Positions 36,711 through 46,061 of a stretch of 64,000 nt of DNA are shown here, piece by piece. The notes under the pieces are model-generated. The model searched no databases. It was not told the DNA's origin and saw only the letters and a program-made list of their open reading frames with translations. Origin of the DNA: Sphaerochaetaceae bacterium (GTDB taxonomy: Bacteria; Spirochaetota; Spirochaetia; Sphaerochaetales; Sphaerochaetaceae); the NCBI GenBank assembly GCA_963677225.1, contig OY781923.1, forward strand, positions 1,693,507 through 1,757,506, written 5' to 3'. A program made the position numbers and the translations under genes. Position 1 is the first letter of the stretch, and every line of letters starts with the position of its first letter.

Positions 36711-38153
36711 AGCAAGATCTATCTGCAGCCTCTTCGGATAATGATACCCTGTAAAATTCTCGAACTGAAGTCTTCCCTGAGAGATCAGCATATCGATGCC
36801 GAAATAGAGACGCGAACCGCTCGTCCTTGCTCTTTCGAGCATCGGGGTGTACTTCGGATCATAGATGAGTTCATATACATGATGCCTTTCGCTGAAGGTA
36901 AATGACGGTATGGGGTCGAAGGAGCCGCAGCTGCGCATCCCTGCCGGAGTCGTCTGCACGACAAGATCGACCGACTGATACAGAGAGGCATTCTCAAGCT
37001 TGTCATAGGCGCTCATGGTCTCATCGGCAAGGTTCTTCGCCTTTTTGACATCACGGTTGATGATGACGACTTTGCACCCGTAATTTCTCAATGCCCACAC
37101 CACCGAACGTGCAGCCCCACCGGCTCCGACAACAAGAGCACTTCTGATGCTCTTGTCCTGAATACGGGGAATCAATGCCGTGATGAACCCGTAATAGTCG
37201 GTATTGGTTCCCATCCACAGATTCTTTGCTCTTACGACAGTGTTGCACGATCCTATCTGTTTGACCTCTCTTGTAATCTTTCCCAGATAGGGAAGAACTG
37301 CCTGTTTATGAGGTACGGTGACGGAAAAGCCGTATAATGGCAGCATCTCGGCAAGAACAAAGAACGAGCGGACAGAATCGACCTGAAACGGGACATATAT
37401 AGCATTGAACTTGATTTCTGCGAAGCCGGGATTCTGAATGTATGGGGAGCGGGTGTGGAGCACAGGATTCCCGATGATCCCGTAGATATGGGTCCGGTCA
37501 TTCACCAGATGGGCTCTGTATACATCGTGCATCGTCTTAGCGCTGATCTGCCCGGGCGCTATCTCATTCTCACTGGTAAAAGTGAGCATCGATCCGAGCC
37601 GCTTATAAAGAATCCTCGTGGGAACACCATACGGTCCCATCCCCACGATGATCTTCCCGGTAATATGGCTCAGTTCCTTTTCGATTCTGAAAAGCTGGAT
37701 GACATCCAGCACCGAATTGGGTGTGACTGCTATCTTCGGGATCTGACCTTTAGAAGAAAGCCTGCTTATCTGGTGATACAGATCGGTCGGAATCCCGTTG
37801 AAATCATGAAAGGAACGGATGATTTTGATATTCTTCTGCTGAGCCTTCTGCAGTATGACCGAACGCTTGATATCCTCTTCGATATCGACATAAGCGAAAT
37901 TTCCGTCCAGAGCACGTTCAAGGAGAGCCATTCTCCGTTTTTCACTGTCCTCAAATGCACCTCCGTCCGATTTTCTCCGGCAGGTGAGGATGACGGGAAC
38001 ATCGGTCAGATCGGGAAAAGATGCAGCCTTCTTTTTCTCCCCATCGTTCAGCAGATCCATTCTCAATTCAACTAATTCTATATATTCACTATTTCTATGT
38101 ATCAAATCCAGATTTTCTTCAATGGTAGTACCGGTCAATACCAAACATATCAT
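36696..38153 (-). CDS. Bifunctional 3-dehydroquinate dehydratase (type I) / shikimate dehydrogenase
   Basis: 485 aa. The N-terminal half is AroD-like (ICLVLTG...VELRMDLL). The C-terminal half is AroE-like (IIGNPVLHTRSP, VTVPHKQ, NTDYYGF, VVGAGGAARSV). Confidence 0.9.
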   Translation of the reverse strand: MICLVLTGTTIEENLDLIHRNSEYIELVELRMDLLNDGEKKKAASFPDLTDVPVILTCRRKSDGGAFEDSEKRRMALLERALDGNFAYVDIEEDIKRSVILQKAQQKNIKIIRSFHDFNGIPTDLYHQISRLSSKGQIPKIAVTPNSVLDVIQLFRIEKELSHITGKIIVGMGPYGVPTRILYKRLGSMLTFTSENEIAPGQISAKTMHDVYRAHLVNDRTHIYGIIGNPVLHTRSPYIQNPGFAEIKFNAIYVPFQVDSVRSFFVLAEMLPLYGFSVTVPHKQAVLPYLGKITREVKQIGSCNTVVRAKNLWMGTNTDYYGFITALIPRIQDKSIRSALVVGAGGAARSVVWALRNYGCKVVIINRDVKKAKNLADETMSAYDKLENASLYQSVDLVVQTTPAGMRSCGSFDPIPSFTFSERHHVYELIYDPKYTPMLERARTSGSRLYFGIDMLISQGRLQFENFTGYHYPKRLQIDLALEEN

Positions 38154-38293
38154 ATCCTGTCCCTCCGTATCATTGAAAACACCTTATTGACGTCATGAAG
38201 GACTTCTTGCATCCCGACGTACCATTATGATACGTTTTATCATACTAGTATGATGAGTAATCTGCAACACCTTAAGGACCGTTAGAGGAACGA

Positions 38294-40252
38294 ATGAAAA
38301 CCCTGCAAGTACAACACATAAATTTAGCCTATGGCGAAAGAGAACTGCTCAAAGATGTAAGTTTCACCCTCTCTGAACGATCGCGTTCTGCTCTCGCAGG
38401 GGGAAACGGCTCGGGAAAATCGACATTGCTCAAGATCATATCGGGAATCATCAACGCCGATACCGGGGAGATCACAATGACAAGGGGGATGAGGATATCT
38501 TATCTGCCCCAATCCGATATAGTTCACAAAGGGCGATCGCTGTTCGAAGAAGTGGAAACCTCTTTCGAACGCTTCAATCCGATCCTCGATTCGATCAGTC
38601 AGATAGAACAGGAACTTGCCGACCCGTCTGCAGAGTCCGCCGAGATCGAGCGGCTGCTCATCGATCTCCATGAACTTCAGGAAACGATTCTTCACAGTTC
38701 TTATTATCAGAGAGATGCCGTCATCGAAAGGATCCTGAAAGGTCTCGGATTCGCCCCTGAGGATTTCGGTAAGCTGTGCGAGACCTTCAGCGGCGGATGG
38801 CAGATGAGAATCGCACTGGCTAAGGTCCTGTCCGACGATCCAGACGTCATGCTCCTTGACGAACCGACGAACTATCTCGATATAGAATCGCGCATCTGGC
38901 TGAGAAACTATATCCGTCAATATCAGGGAGCTATCATGATGGTATCGCATGATCAGGATTTCCTCGATGAGACAGTCGATGAGGTGTATGAACTGTTCGG
39001 GGGTCATCTCAGACGGTATAAGGGAAACTACACAAAATACACCCAGGTGAGAAAAGAAGAACTTGAACGGCTGCATGCGGCGCATCAGCGGCAGGTCAGA
39101 GAGATAGAGAGAACCGAACGATTCATAGAGAGATTCAGGTACAAGGCATCAAAGGCAAAACAGGTCCAAAGCAGAGAGAAGCAGCTCGAGAAGATCGATC
39201 TTATCGAGATTCCTCCACACCTCAAAAGCCTCTCCTTCTCCTTCCCTCCTCCTCTACACAGCGGAAACGATATCTTCACAATAAAGGATCTGTCGAAACG
39301 ATACGGTGAGAATACTATCTTTTCCGAACTCTCGCTGAATGTTAACAAGGGCGACAGACTTGCGATCACAGGTCATAACGGAGCCGGAAAGACAACTCTC
39401 CTGAGAATGCTCAGCGGTATCGACACCGATTACGAGGGAACGATCACAGTCGGCTCGGATGTAAAAATCGGCTATTTCGCCCAGGATACCGAGAAGACCC
39501 TCCATCCAGAACTGACGATCTACGAGGAAGTCGAACAGGTGGCCTCTATCGGCGATATCCCGAGACTCCGTTCTCTTCTCGGTTCGTTTCTGTTCACCAG
39601 CGATGATATCGACAAGAAGGTTGCCGTTCTGAGCGGCGGAGAACGAAGCCGTCTGGCGCTTTTGAAGATACTTCTACACCCGGTCAACGTTCTCATCCTC
39701 GATGAACCGACGAACCACCTCGATATCAACGCTAAACAGATGCTCGTTCGCGCCCTGAAAGAATACAAAGGGACTCTCCTGTTCGTATCCCACGATACCT
39801 ACTTCGTCAAAAGGATCGCTTCCTCGATACTCTATCTCAGTGAGGATTCCCCTCAACTGTTCGTCGGAGACTGGGATTACTTCTCCTATCGACTTGAACA
39901 GAAAGAGCTTCTCACCTCCCTTGAAGAGCCCGCTTCACAGAATGCTTCCCGCAAGCAGGAAGAACAGCCGAAATCATCGGTTATCGAACGCAAAGAGTAC
40001 AATAAGGCAAGAAACAGACTGCAGAATCTGATCCAGCAGCAGCACAAGCTGATCGAGTCAATAGAAGCTATCGACAATAAAGTCGAAGAAGTGACGATCA
40101 AAATGGGAGAGAAGGAAAATTATAGTGATAAAGAGAGAATCACCTCCCTTATTGCTATGAAAGAGAAGCTTGAAAAAGAAAAGGAAGAGGCTGAAGAGAA
40201 TTGGTTTGCGATGGGAGAACAGATCGAACAGCTGAAGGAATACATAGGATGA
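38294..40252 (+). CDS. ABC-F family ATPase (translation-associated; Uup/YheS/EttA class)
   Basis: Two ABC cassettes (GGNGSGKST/FSGGWQMR and GHNGAGKTT/LSGGERSR), an inter-domain linker, no transmembrane domain and a C-terminal coiled coil. Confidence 0.9.
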   Translation: MKTLQVQHINLAYGERELLKDVSFTLSERSRSALAGGNGSGKSTLLKIISGIINADTGEITMTRGMRISYLPQSDIVHKGRSLFEEVETSFERFNPILDSISQIEQELADPSAESAEIERLLIDLHELQETILHSSYYQRDAVIERILKGLGFAPEDFGKLCETFSGGWQMRIALAKVLSDDPDVMLLDEPTNYLDIESRIWLRNYIRQYQGAIMMVSHDQDFLDETVDEVYELFGGHLRRYKGNYTKYTQVRKEELERLHAAHQRQVREIERTERFIERFRYKASKAKQVQSREKQLEKIDLIEIPPHLKSLSFSFPPPLHSGNDIFTIKDLSKRYGENTIFSELSLNVNKGDRLAITGHNGAGKTTLLRMLSGIDTDYEGTITVGSDVKIGYFAQDTEKTLHPELTIYEEVEQVASIGDIPRLRSLLGSFLFTSDDIDKKVAVLSGGERSRLALLKILLHPVNVLILDEPTNHLDINAKQMLVRALKEYKGTLLFVSHDTYFVKRIASSILYLSEDSPQLFVGDWDYFSYRLEQKELLTSLEEPASQNASRKQEEQPKSSVIERKEYNKARNRLQNLIQQQHKLIESIEAIDNKVEEVTIKMGEKENYSDKERITSLIAMKEKLEKEKEEAEENWFAMGEQIEQLKEYIG

Positions 40253-40869
40253 ACGGAACGAAAGTGATTCTTGCGAGCCAGAGCAGTGCAAGAAAAGCCC
40301 TTCTGCAGCAATCAGGATTTACTGTCATACCTATACCAACACTTACTGACGAAAGCCACAGCATCAAAGATCCGTCCGAAGCAGCTCAGACATTGGCACT
40401 TCGAAAACTTCATGTCTGCCTGTCAAGATCGGGGGCATTCACCTTTGCTGTCATTGCAGCCGATACGATCGTCAGCATAGACGGTACACAAATCGGGAAA
40501 CCGGCAGACCGCAACGAGGCTTTTTCGCAGCTTTCGCTGCTGCAGGGACGCAGCCATACAGTAATAAGCGGCTATGCCGTTTTTCTCCCCCTTTCAGAGA
40601 AAAGAGGGAGGATATACTGCGGCTGTGATGAGGTCACGGTACGATTTTTCCCTCTTGATGAATCACAGATCGAATCATACCTCTCAACGGATGAATACAT
40701 CGGTGCTGCAGGATCTTATCGCATCCAGCAGAGAGGAAAACAGCTGATTTCGTCAATTAGTGGAGATTTCTCCACGGTCGTAGGCTTGCCAATAACGAAG
40801 ATTTCTGCCATATTAGAAAAACCTGAGAATTTTTTATATCAGGAATATCCACCAAATGGTGAGAAATAG
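40249..40869 (+). CDS. maf: Maf-like nucleoside triphosphate pyrophosphatase
   Basis: [19 protein letters not shown] and GKP motifs. ATG 40249 overlaps the ABC-F stop (ATGA). Confidence 0.88.
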   Translation: MNGTKVILASQSSARKALLQQSGFTVIPIPTLTDESHSIKDPSEAAQTLALRKLHVCLSRSGAFTFAVIAADTIVSIDGTQIGKPADRNEAFSQLSLLQGRSHTVISGYAVFLPLSEKRGRIYCGCDEVTVRFFPLDESQIESYLSTDEYIGAAGSYRIQQRGKQLISSISGDFSTVVGLPITKISAILEKPENFLYQEYPPNGEK

Positions 40870-40913
40870 CGAAGGGGACAGTATCAGTTCTGATAACTGT
40901 CACAGGAGGAAAT

Positions 40914-41855
40914 GTGTCCGTAGTCACAATGAAAAGCCTGCTCGAATCAGGCGTACATTTTGGTCACCAGACCAAAAGATGGAATCCAAAGATGGCCCGC
41001 TTTATCTTCTCAGAAAGAAACGGGATCCATATCATCGATCTTCAGAAGACAAGTGCCTGTATTGTAGAGGCATACGATGCTGTCAGAGCTCAGGTCAAAA
41101 ACGGTAAACCTATTCTTTTCATAGGTACCAAGAAACAGGCTCAGCAGACAATCGAAAACGAAGCTAAACGCTGTGGAATGCCGTATGTCAACAACAGATG
41201 GCTCGGCGGTATGCTTACCAACTTCACAACTATCAAAAAATCAATCAACCGCTTGAAAAAGCTTGAGAAAGAGGAACTCGACGGTACGCTGCAAAGTTAT
41301 ACCAAAAAAGAGATCGCTCTCCATCTCAAAGAAAAGAATAAGTTAGAGAAAAACCTCGGCGGTATCAAAGAGATGAAAGAATTGCCCGGTGCGATCTTTA
41401 TCATCGATACCAAAAAGGAATCTATCGCAGTAGCAGAGGCAAAGCGTCTCGGTATCCCCGTGATCGCTGTCGTCGATACTAACTGCGATCCCACAAACAT
41501 CGATTATCCCATCCCGGGTAACGATGATGCTATCAGAGCGATCTCTCTGTTCGTAGAGATCATCGCGAATGCAGTGTTGGATGCCGACAATGAAGTCGGA
41601 ATCGAAATCATCGAAACCCTCCCTGAACTCGAAACAGCTGTCAAGGAGGTTGAAGAACCTGTCGAAGAAGAAGCTCCTGCAGCCGAGGAAGAGGAAGTTG
41701 TCTTCGCAACCGATGATGAGGTCACTGACTATACCAAATTCGATGCAGATCTAGCCGCACCGAAAGAAGAGGAAGAGGAAGTCTCTAAAGTCAAGGCTGT
41801 CAAGGTTACCGAAGGCGGTATAGAGGTCGACGAAGAGATCCTTTACGAAGATTAA
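40914..41855 (+). CDS. rpsB: 30S ribosomal protein S2 with ~85-aa acidic C-terminal extension
   Basis: [30 protein letters not shown] start at 40914, shortly after AGGAGG. Confidence 0.95.
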   Translation: MSVVTMKSLLESGVHFGHQTKRWNPKMARFIFSERNGIHIIDLQKTSACIVEAYDAVRAQVKNGKPILFIGTKKQAQQTIENEAKRCGMPYVNNRWLGGMLTNFTTIKKSINRLKKLEKEELDGTLQSYTKKEIALHLKEKNKLEKNLGGIKEMKELPGAIFIIDTKKESIAVAEAKRLGIPVIAVVDTNCDPTNIDYPIPGNDDAIRAISLFVEIIANAVLDADNEVGIEIIETLPELETAVKEVEEPVEEEAPAAEEEEVVFATDDEVTDYTKFDADLAAPKEEEEEVSKVKAVKVTEGGIEVDEEILYED

Positions 41856-41875
41856 TCGAAAACAAGGAGTTATTC

Positions 41876-42718
41876 ATGGCAATTAGCGCAAAAATAGTTA
41901 AAGAACTGCGTGACGCTACCGGCGCAGGTATGATGGATTGTAAGAAAGCTCTTGTCGAATCCGATGGAGATTTCGCAAAAGCTGAAAAGATTCTGAAAGA
42001 GATGGGACTCGCTGCAGTAGCAAAAAGAGCAGGAAGAGCAACCAATAACGGAAGAGCATTCACAGCAATCAGAGACGGAAAGGCTGTCATTCTTGAAATG
42101 GCCTGTGAAACTGACTTTGTCGCCCGTAACGTCGATTTCATCGCTCTCGGCGAACAGCTGTGCAACGATATCATCGATAACGGATATACCGAGATTTGTC
42201 CTGAACTTGAAAATCAGGTACAGGGACTGATCACTAAGATCAAAGAGAACATGTCTCTGAAAAGATTCGAGGTGTTTGATGTTGACTCCTCCACTCTGGC
42301 CAGTGCCTACATCCACGGAGAAGGAACTCTCGCGACCCTCGTTCTGCTCACTTCAACCGATGCTGAAGCGATCGGGAAAGATGAAGTTAAGGAACTGTCC
42401 AACGACCTTGCTCTTCATGTAGCGGCATTCAACCCTCTGTATCTGGACAAGAGCGATGTTGATGAAGCCTATGTGAACGAGAATAAAGAGATTTTCACCA
42501 AACAGGCTCTCTCGCTGGGTAAACCGGAGAAGGTCGTAGCAGGTATCGTTCAGGGAAAACTCAACAAGCACTTCACTGAGATCTGCTTCATGCAGCAGGC
42601 ATTTGTCAAAGATGACAGTATGAGTGTAGAAAAAGTTCTCCAGAAAGTTTCCAAAGAAGTTGGTGCGACATTGAAAGTTGTCAGCTATACTTGTTATAAA
42701 GTCGGTGTTGACGCTTAA
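41876..42718 (+). CDS. tsf: Elongation factor Ts
   Basis: IVKELRDATGAGMMDCKKAL (UBA-like N terminus). 280 aa. Confidence 0.95.
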   Translation: MAISAKIVKELRDATGAGMMDCKKALVESDGDFAKAEKILKEMGLAAVAKRAGRATNNGRAFTAIRDGKAVILEMACETDFVARNVDFIALGEQLCNDIIDNGYTEICPELENQVQGLITKIKENMSLKRFEVFDVDSSTLASAYIHGEGTLATLVLLTSTDAEAIGKDEVKELSNDLALHVAAFNPLYLDKSDVDEAYVNENKEIFTKQALSLGKPEKVVAGIVQGKLNKHFTEICFMQQAFVKDDSMSVEKVLQKVSKEVGATLKVVSYTCYKVGVDA

Positions 42719-42737
42719 AGACGATCAATTACGATCC

Positions 42738-42770
42738 ACACCGTCTCGAAAAGAGGCGGTGTTTACTGTT
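42738..42770 (+). terminator. Stem-loop between tsf and frr (weak terminator or attenuator/processing site)
   Basis: 10-bp stem ACACCGTCTC/GAGGCGGTGT with one G-U pair and loop GAAAA, followed by a T-poor TTACTGTT tail. Confidence 0.35.
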
Positions 42771-42780
42771 GGAGGATGAT

Positions 42781-43335
42781 ATGAAAGCAATTTTAGATAC
42801 CTGCGAATCTAAAATGAAAAAGAGTGTTGCGAGTCTATCGCATGAGTACACCTCATTACGCACCGGCAGAGCTTCTGCCGCTCTTTTTGACAAGATAAAA
42901 GTCGATTACTACGGACAGGAGACACCTCTTTCCCAGGTGGCAAGTATCTCGGTTCCTGAAGCGCGGCTTGTCGTGATTCAGCCGTGGGATAAGAGTCTTC
43001 TCGCCCCGATCGAAAGAGCTATTCTGAAATCGGAACTGGGCCTTAATCCCAACAACGACGGAAAACTTCTCAGGATCAACTTCCCTCCCCTCACCGAGGA
43101 GAGACGTAAAGAACTTGCTAAGAGTGCTAAGAACACCAGCGAACAGTTCAAAGTAGCCATCCGCAATATTCGCAGAGAAGCCATTGACGAACTGAAGAAA
43201 AAACAGAAAGCGAGTGAAATATCTGAAGATGAGCTCAAAGACGGTGAGAACAAAGTTCAGAAGATGACTGACACGTATATCGGACAAGTCAGCGATCTGG
43301 CAGGTGAGAAAGAAAAAGAGATCTTGGACATCTGA
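42781..43335 (+). CDS. frr: Ribosome recycling factor
   Basis: ORF trimmed to ATG 42781, preceded by GGAGGA. LRTGRASAALFDKIKVDYYG and PPLTEERRKEL. Confidence 0.95.
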   Translation: MKAILDTCESKMKKSVASLSHEYTSLRTGRASAALFDKIKVDYYGQETPLSQVASISVPEARLVVIQPWDKSLLAPIERAILKSELGLNPNNDGKLLRINFPPLTEERRKELAKSAKNTSEQFKVAIRNIRREAIDELKKKQKASEISEDELKDGENKVQKMTDTYIGQVSDLAGEKEKEILDI

Positions 43336-43357
43336 TGCTGCAGAGATTGGACTGAAG

Positions 43358-44062
43358 ATGCAAGAAAACAAATATCCTGACCATATCGGAATAATCATGG
43401 ACGGTAACGGGAGATGGGCCACCAAACGCTCACTCCCGCGTACCATGGGACATTTCGAAGGTATAAAAGCCGCTAAACGGGTAGTCAAGGCAGCTACCGA
43501 ATTACAGATTCCCTACATTACCTTCTATGTATTCTCGACTGAGAACTGGAGAAGGCCGAAGGAAGAGGTAAAGTACCTGATGAATCTTCTCTCATCCAGG
43601 CTCTTCAGCGAGACCGATTTCTACAACAGACTCGGTGCAAAGATCCTCATCAGAGGAGATCTCGACAAATTCCCTAAGGATGTCGCCGCCACGATGGATG
43701 CAACCCAGGAAGCAACCAGAGATAATGAGAAGATCACAGTCTCACTTGCGGTTAACTACGGAGGGCAGGATGAGATCATCCGTGCAGTCAGAAAATGGGC
43801 GAAATTTACTGAAGACCGGCCTTGTCTGAATACCGAAACTCTGCGGACATTCTTCGATCACCCTTTTATCCCTCCTGTCGATCTTATCATCAGAACCGGC
43901 GGAGAAAAACGTCTTTCAAATTTTTTATTATGGGATTCAGCCTATGCGGAACTTGCGTTCTTTGATACACTTTGGCCGCAATGGGGGGCTGCAGAATTGA
44001 AAAATGCATGTGAAGACTTTGCAGGGAGAACTCGACGTTTCGGGGGTGTTCTGAATGAATAG
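43358..44062 (+). CDS. uppS: Undecaprenyl diphosphate synthase
   Basis: HIGIIMDGNGRWA, FSTENWRRP and IRTGGEKRLSNFLLW. Start trimmed to ATG 43358. Confidence 0.93.
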   Translation: MQENKYPDHIGIIMDGNGRWATKRSLPRTMGHFEGIKAAKRVVKAATELQIPYITFYVFSTENWRRPKEEVKYLMNLLSSRLFSETDFYNRLGAKILIRGDLDKFPKDVAATMDATQEATRDNEKITVSLAVNYGGQDEIIRAVRKWAKFTEDRPCLNTETLRTFFDHPFIPPVDLIIRTGGEKRLSNFLLWDSAYAELAFFDTLWPQWGAAELKNACEDFAGRTRRFGGVLNE

Positions 44063-44891
44063 TGTTGTGAAGAGGGTGTTGCTCACCTTCACGGCGGTGC
44101 CGGCCTTATTCTCTCTCATATATTTTTTCCCCCACTTCAATCATCTTCCATTTGCCCTCCTGACAGTCGGTGCTGTCATCATCGGTTCTGTTGAGATGAG
44201 AAAGATATTCTTCAGCGGGACCGAGAAACACTTCTACCTCATTTTTCTTTCTGCAGCACTGCCGGTGCTCACCTACATCGAACAATCTTTCGCTTGTGGT
44301 ACCCGTTACCTACCCTTATATATGATAACAGTCGTATCGGTCATCATGAGTGTCGAGATCTTCTCTGGTACTTCAGACCATTTTACAGCTTCTATAGAGA
44401 GAGTGGCGAAATCGATTCTTCTTTTCATTTATCCCGGAGTCTTTGCCCTGTTTCTTGTCTACATCCTCTTTATGGAACATACGACTTTCCTCCTGATTCT
44501 TTTGTTTCTCATGGTCTTCGCCAATGATACATTCGCATATGTTTTCGGAATGTTATTCGGAAAGAACAACAGAAACATCTTCGCAGTTAGCCCCAACAAG
44601 AGTGTTGCCGGATTTATCGGCGGTCTGCTGATGACCGTCGTCATCGCATTCCTATACCAGCGTCTTGTTCCCGGCGGTCAGTCGATCATCACAGACCTAC
44701 CTCTTTTGATCCTATCTCTTTTCATATCGCTCATAAGCAATATCGGAGATCTGGTGGAATCCATGTTCAAAAGAAATGCTAACATCAAAGATTCAGGCTC
44801 TGTCATTCTCGGACGCGGAGGCCTTATGGATTCTATAGATTCTCTGCTTCTGAGCGCACCATTCTTCTATTTCTTTCTCTCGGTACTATAA
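44055..44891 (+). CDS. cdsA: Phosphatidate cytidylyltransferase
   Basis: Polytopic membrane protein with SPNKSVAGFIGG, GDLVESMFKR and GRGGLMDSIDS. It overlaps the uppS end by 8 nt. Confidence 0.88.
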   Translation: MNSVVKRVLLTFTAVPALFSLIYFFPHFNHLPFALLTVGAVIIGSVEMRKIFFSGTEKHFYLIFLSAALPVLTYIEQSFACGTRYLPLYMITVVSVIMSVEIFSGTSDHFTASIERVAKSILLFIYPGVFALFLVYILFMEHTTFLLILLFLMVFANDTFAYVFGMLFGKNNRNIFAVSPNKSVAGFIGGLLMTVVIAFLYQRLVPGGQSIITDLPLLILSLFISLISNIGDLVESMFKRNANIKDSGSVILGRGGLMDSIDSLLLSAPFFYFFLSVL

Positions 44892-44903
44892 GGAGTAAAA
44901 GCT

Positions 44904-46061
44904 TTGGGTTATAGAAAACGGGTCATGATCCTTGGATGTACAGGGTCGATCGGAACAACTGCGATGCAGAGTCTTGATTCCCTACGCTCTTCATTCGATA
45001 TCGTCGCCATTTCGGCTCATAAGAACCATGCCAAGCTTCTGTACTATGCTCAGTCGTTCAACGTTCCGAATGTCTGTCTTTCAGGTGGTTCCTTTGAAAT
45101 CGAAGAAACAGATGGAAGATGTTTCTACTACGGCAGTTCCGGTCTTCTTGATATGATAAGAAACGTTGAGTGTGATGTCGTTCTCAATGCGATCAGCGGA
45201 TCGGCAGGGCTCGAACCAACCTTCGAGATCCTCTCTCATCACACCACTTTGGCTCTCGCGAACAAAGAGAGCATCGTGATGGGAGGAGATCTGTTCACTC
45301 AGACAGTGAAGAAATACGGTGTAACAGTCTATCCCGTAGACTCCGAGCACTCGACGATAGATTCTCTGATCAAAGCTCATGGCGATTCCCATGTCGATTC
45401 TGTGATCCTTACTGCAAGTGGAGGCCCCTTCAGGACCTTCACTCCCCTGCAGATGGCTCATATCACCATTGAACAGGCTCTTAATCATCCGACATGGAAT
45501 ATGGGAGCAAAGATCACCATCGATTCGGCAACTCTCGCGAACAAGGGACTGGAAGTCATTGAAGCTTCCTACCTATTCGGTAAAAACGTGGGTTCGATCG
45601 ATGTGGTGATCCACCCTCAAAGTGTTGTACACTCGTTCATCAGGATGAAAAACGGTGCATTGTATGCCCAAATGTCTCCCCCCGATATGGCTTTACCCAT
45701 CATGAATGCGCTCAATGGAGGACATATAGAACTGAAGGATATTGTTTCACCGCTCGATCTGAGTGATCTCACTCTTCGATTCGAAAAATTCGACAAGAAC
45801 CAGTTCCCGCTTCTTGATATGGCCTTTCACTGTCTGAAATCCCGTAAAGGATATCCGATAGCGTTCAACGGTGCCAACGAGACGGCAGTGCTTGCCTTCC
45901 TCAAAAAAAAGATTTCTTTCATTTCGATAAGTGCGATCGTTCAGGAAGTACTTCAGCATTCATGGTCTGAACAGATTACCTCCATAGAGGATATCTACAG
46001 TGTACACCGGAGGGCGAACACGATGGCACAGCAGCTCGTTGAGAGGTACCGCATTGAATAG
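44904..46061 (+). CDS. dxr: 1-deoxy-D-xylulose 5-phosphate reductoisomerase
   Basis: ILGCTGSIG, LANKES, DSEHS and NHPTWNMG. TTG 44904 lies 8 nt after AAGGAG. ATG 44925 is an alternative start. Confidence 0.92.
   Translation: MGYRKRVMILGCTGSIGTTAMQSLDSLRSSFDIVAISAHKNHAKLLYYAQSFNVPNVCLSGGSFEIEETDGRCFYYGSSGLLDMIRNVECDVVLNAISGSAGLEPTFEILSHHTTLALANKESIVMGGDLFTQTVKKYGVTVYPVDSEHSTIDSLIKAHGDSHVDSVILTASGGPFRTFTPLQMAHITIEQALNHPTWNMGAKITIDSATLANKGLEVIEASYLFGKNVGSIDVVIHPQSVVHSFIRMKNGALYAQMSPPDMALPIMNALNGGHIELKDIVSPLDLSDLTLRFEKFDKNQFPLLDMAFHCLKSRKGYPIAFNGANETAVLAFLKKKISFISISAIVQEVLQHSWSEQITSIEDIYSVHRRANTMAQQLVERYRIE

Noticed and set aside
38324-39085. 253-aa antisense ORF inside the ABC-F gene. Similar long shadow ORFs lie at 54066-54893, 55464-56228, 56810-57487, 33703-34371, 35541-36149, 42856-43488, 17410-18003 and 21452-22006.
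   Set aside because: Each lies wholly antisense to a gene with unmistakable conserved motifs. Their translations are low-complexity or Arg/Ser/Cys-rich, and none has a recognisable domain or RBS. They are typical frame -1/-3 shadow ORFs that arise from codon bias.
40856-41107. 83-aa ORF overlapping the rpsB start in another frame
   Set aside because: The translation is Arg/Cys-rich nonsense. The rpsB frame carries the universally conserved GVHFGHQT motif.
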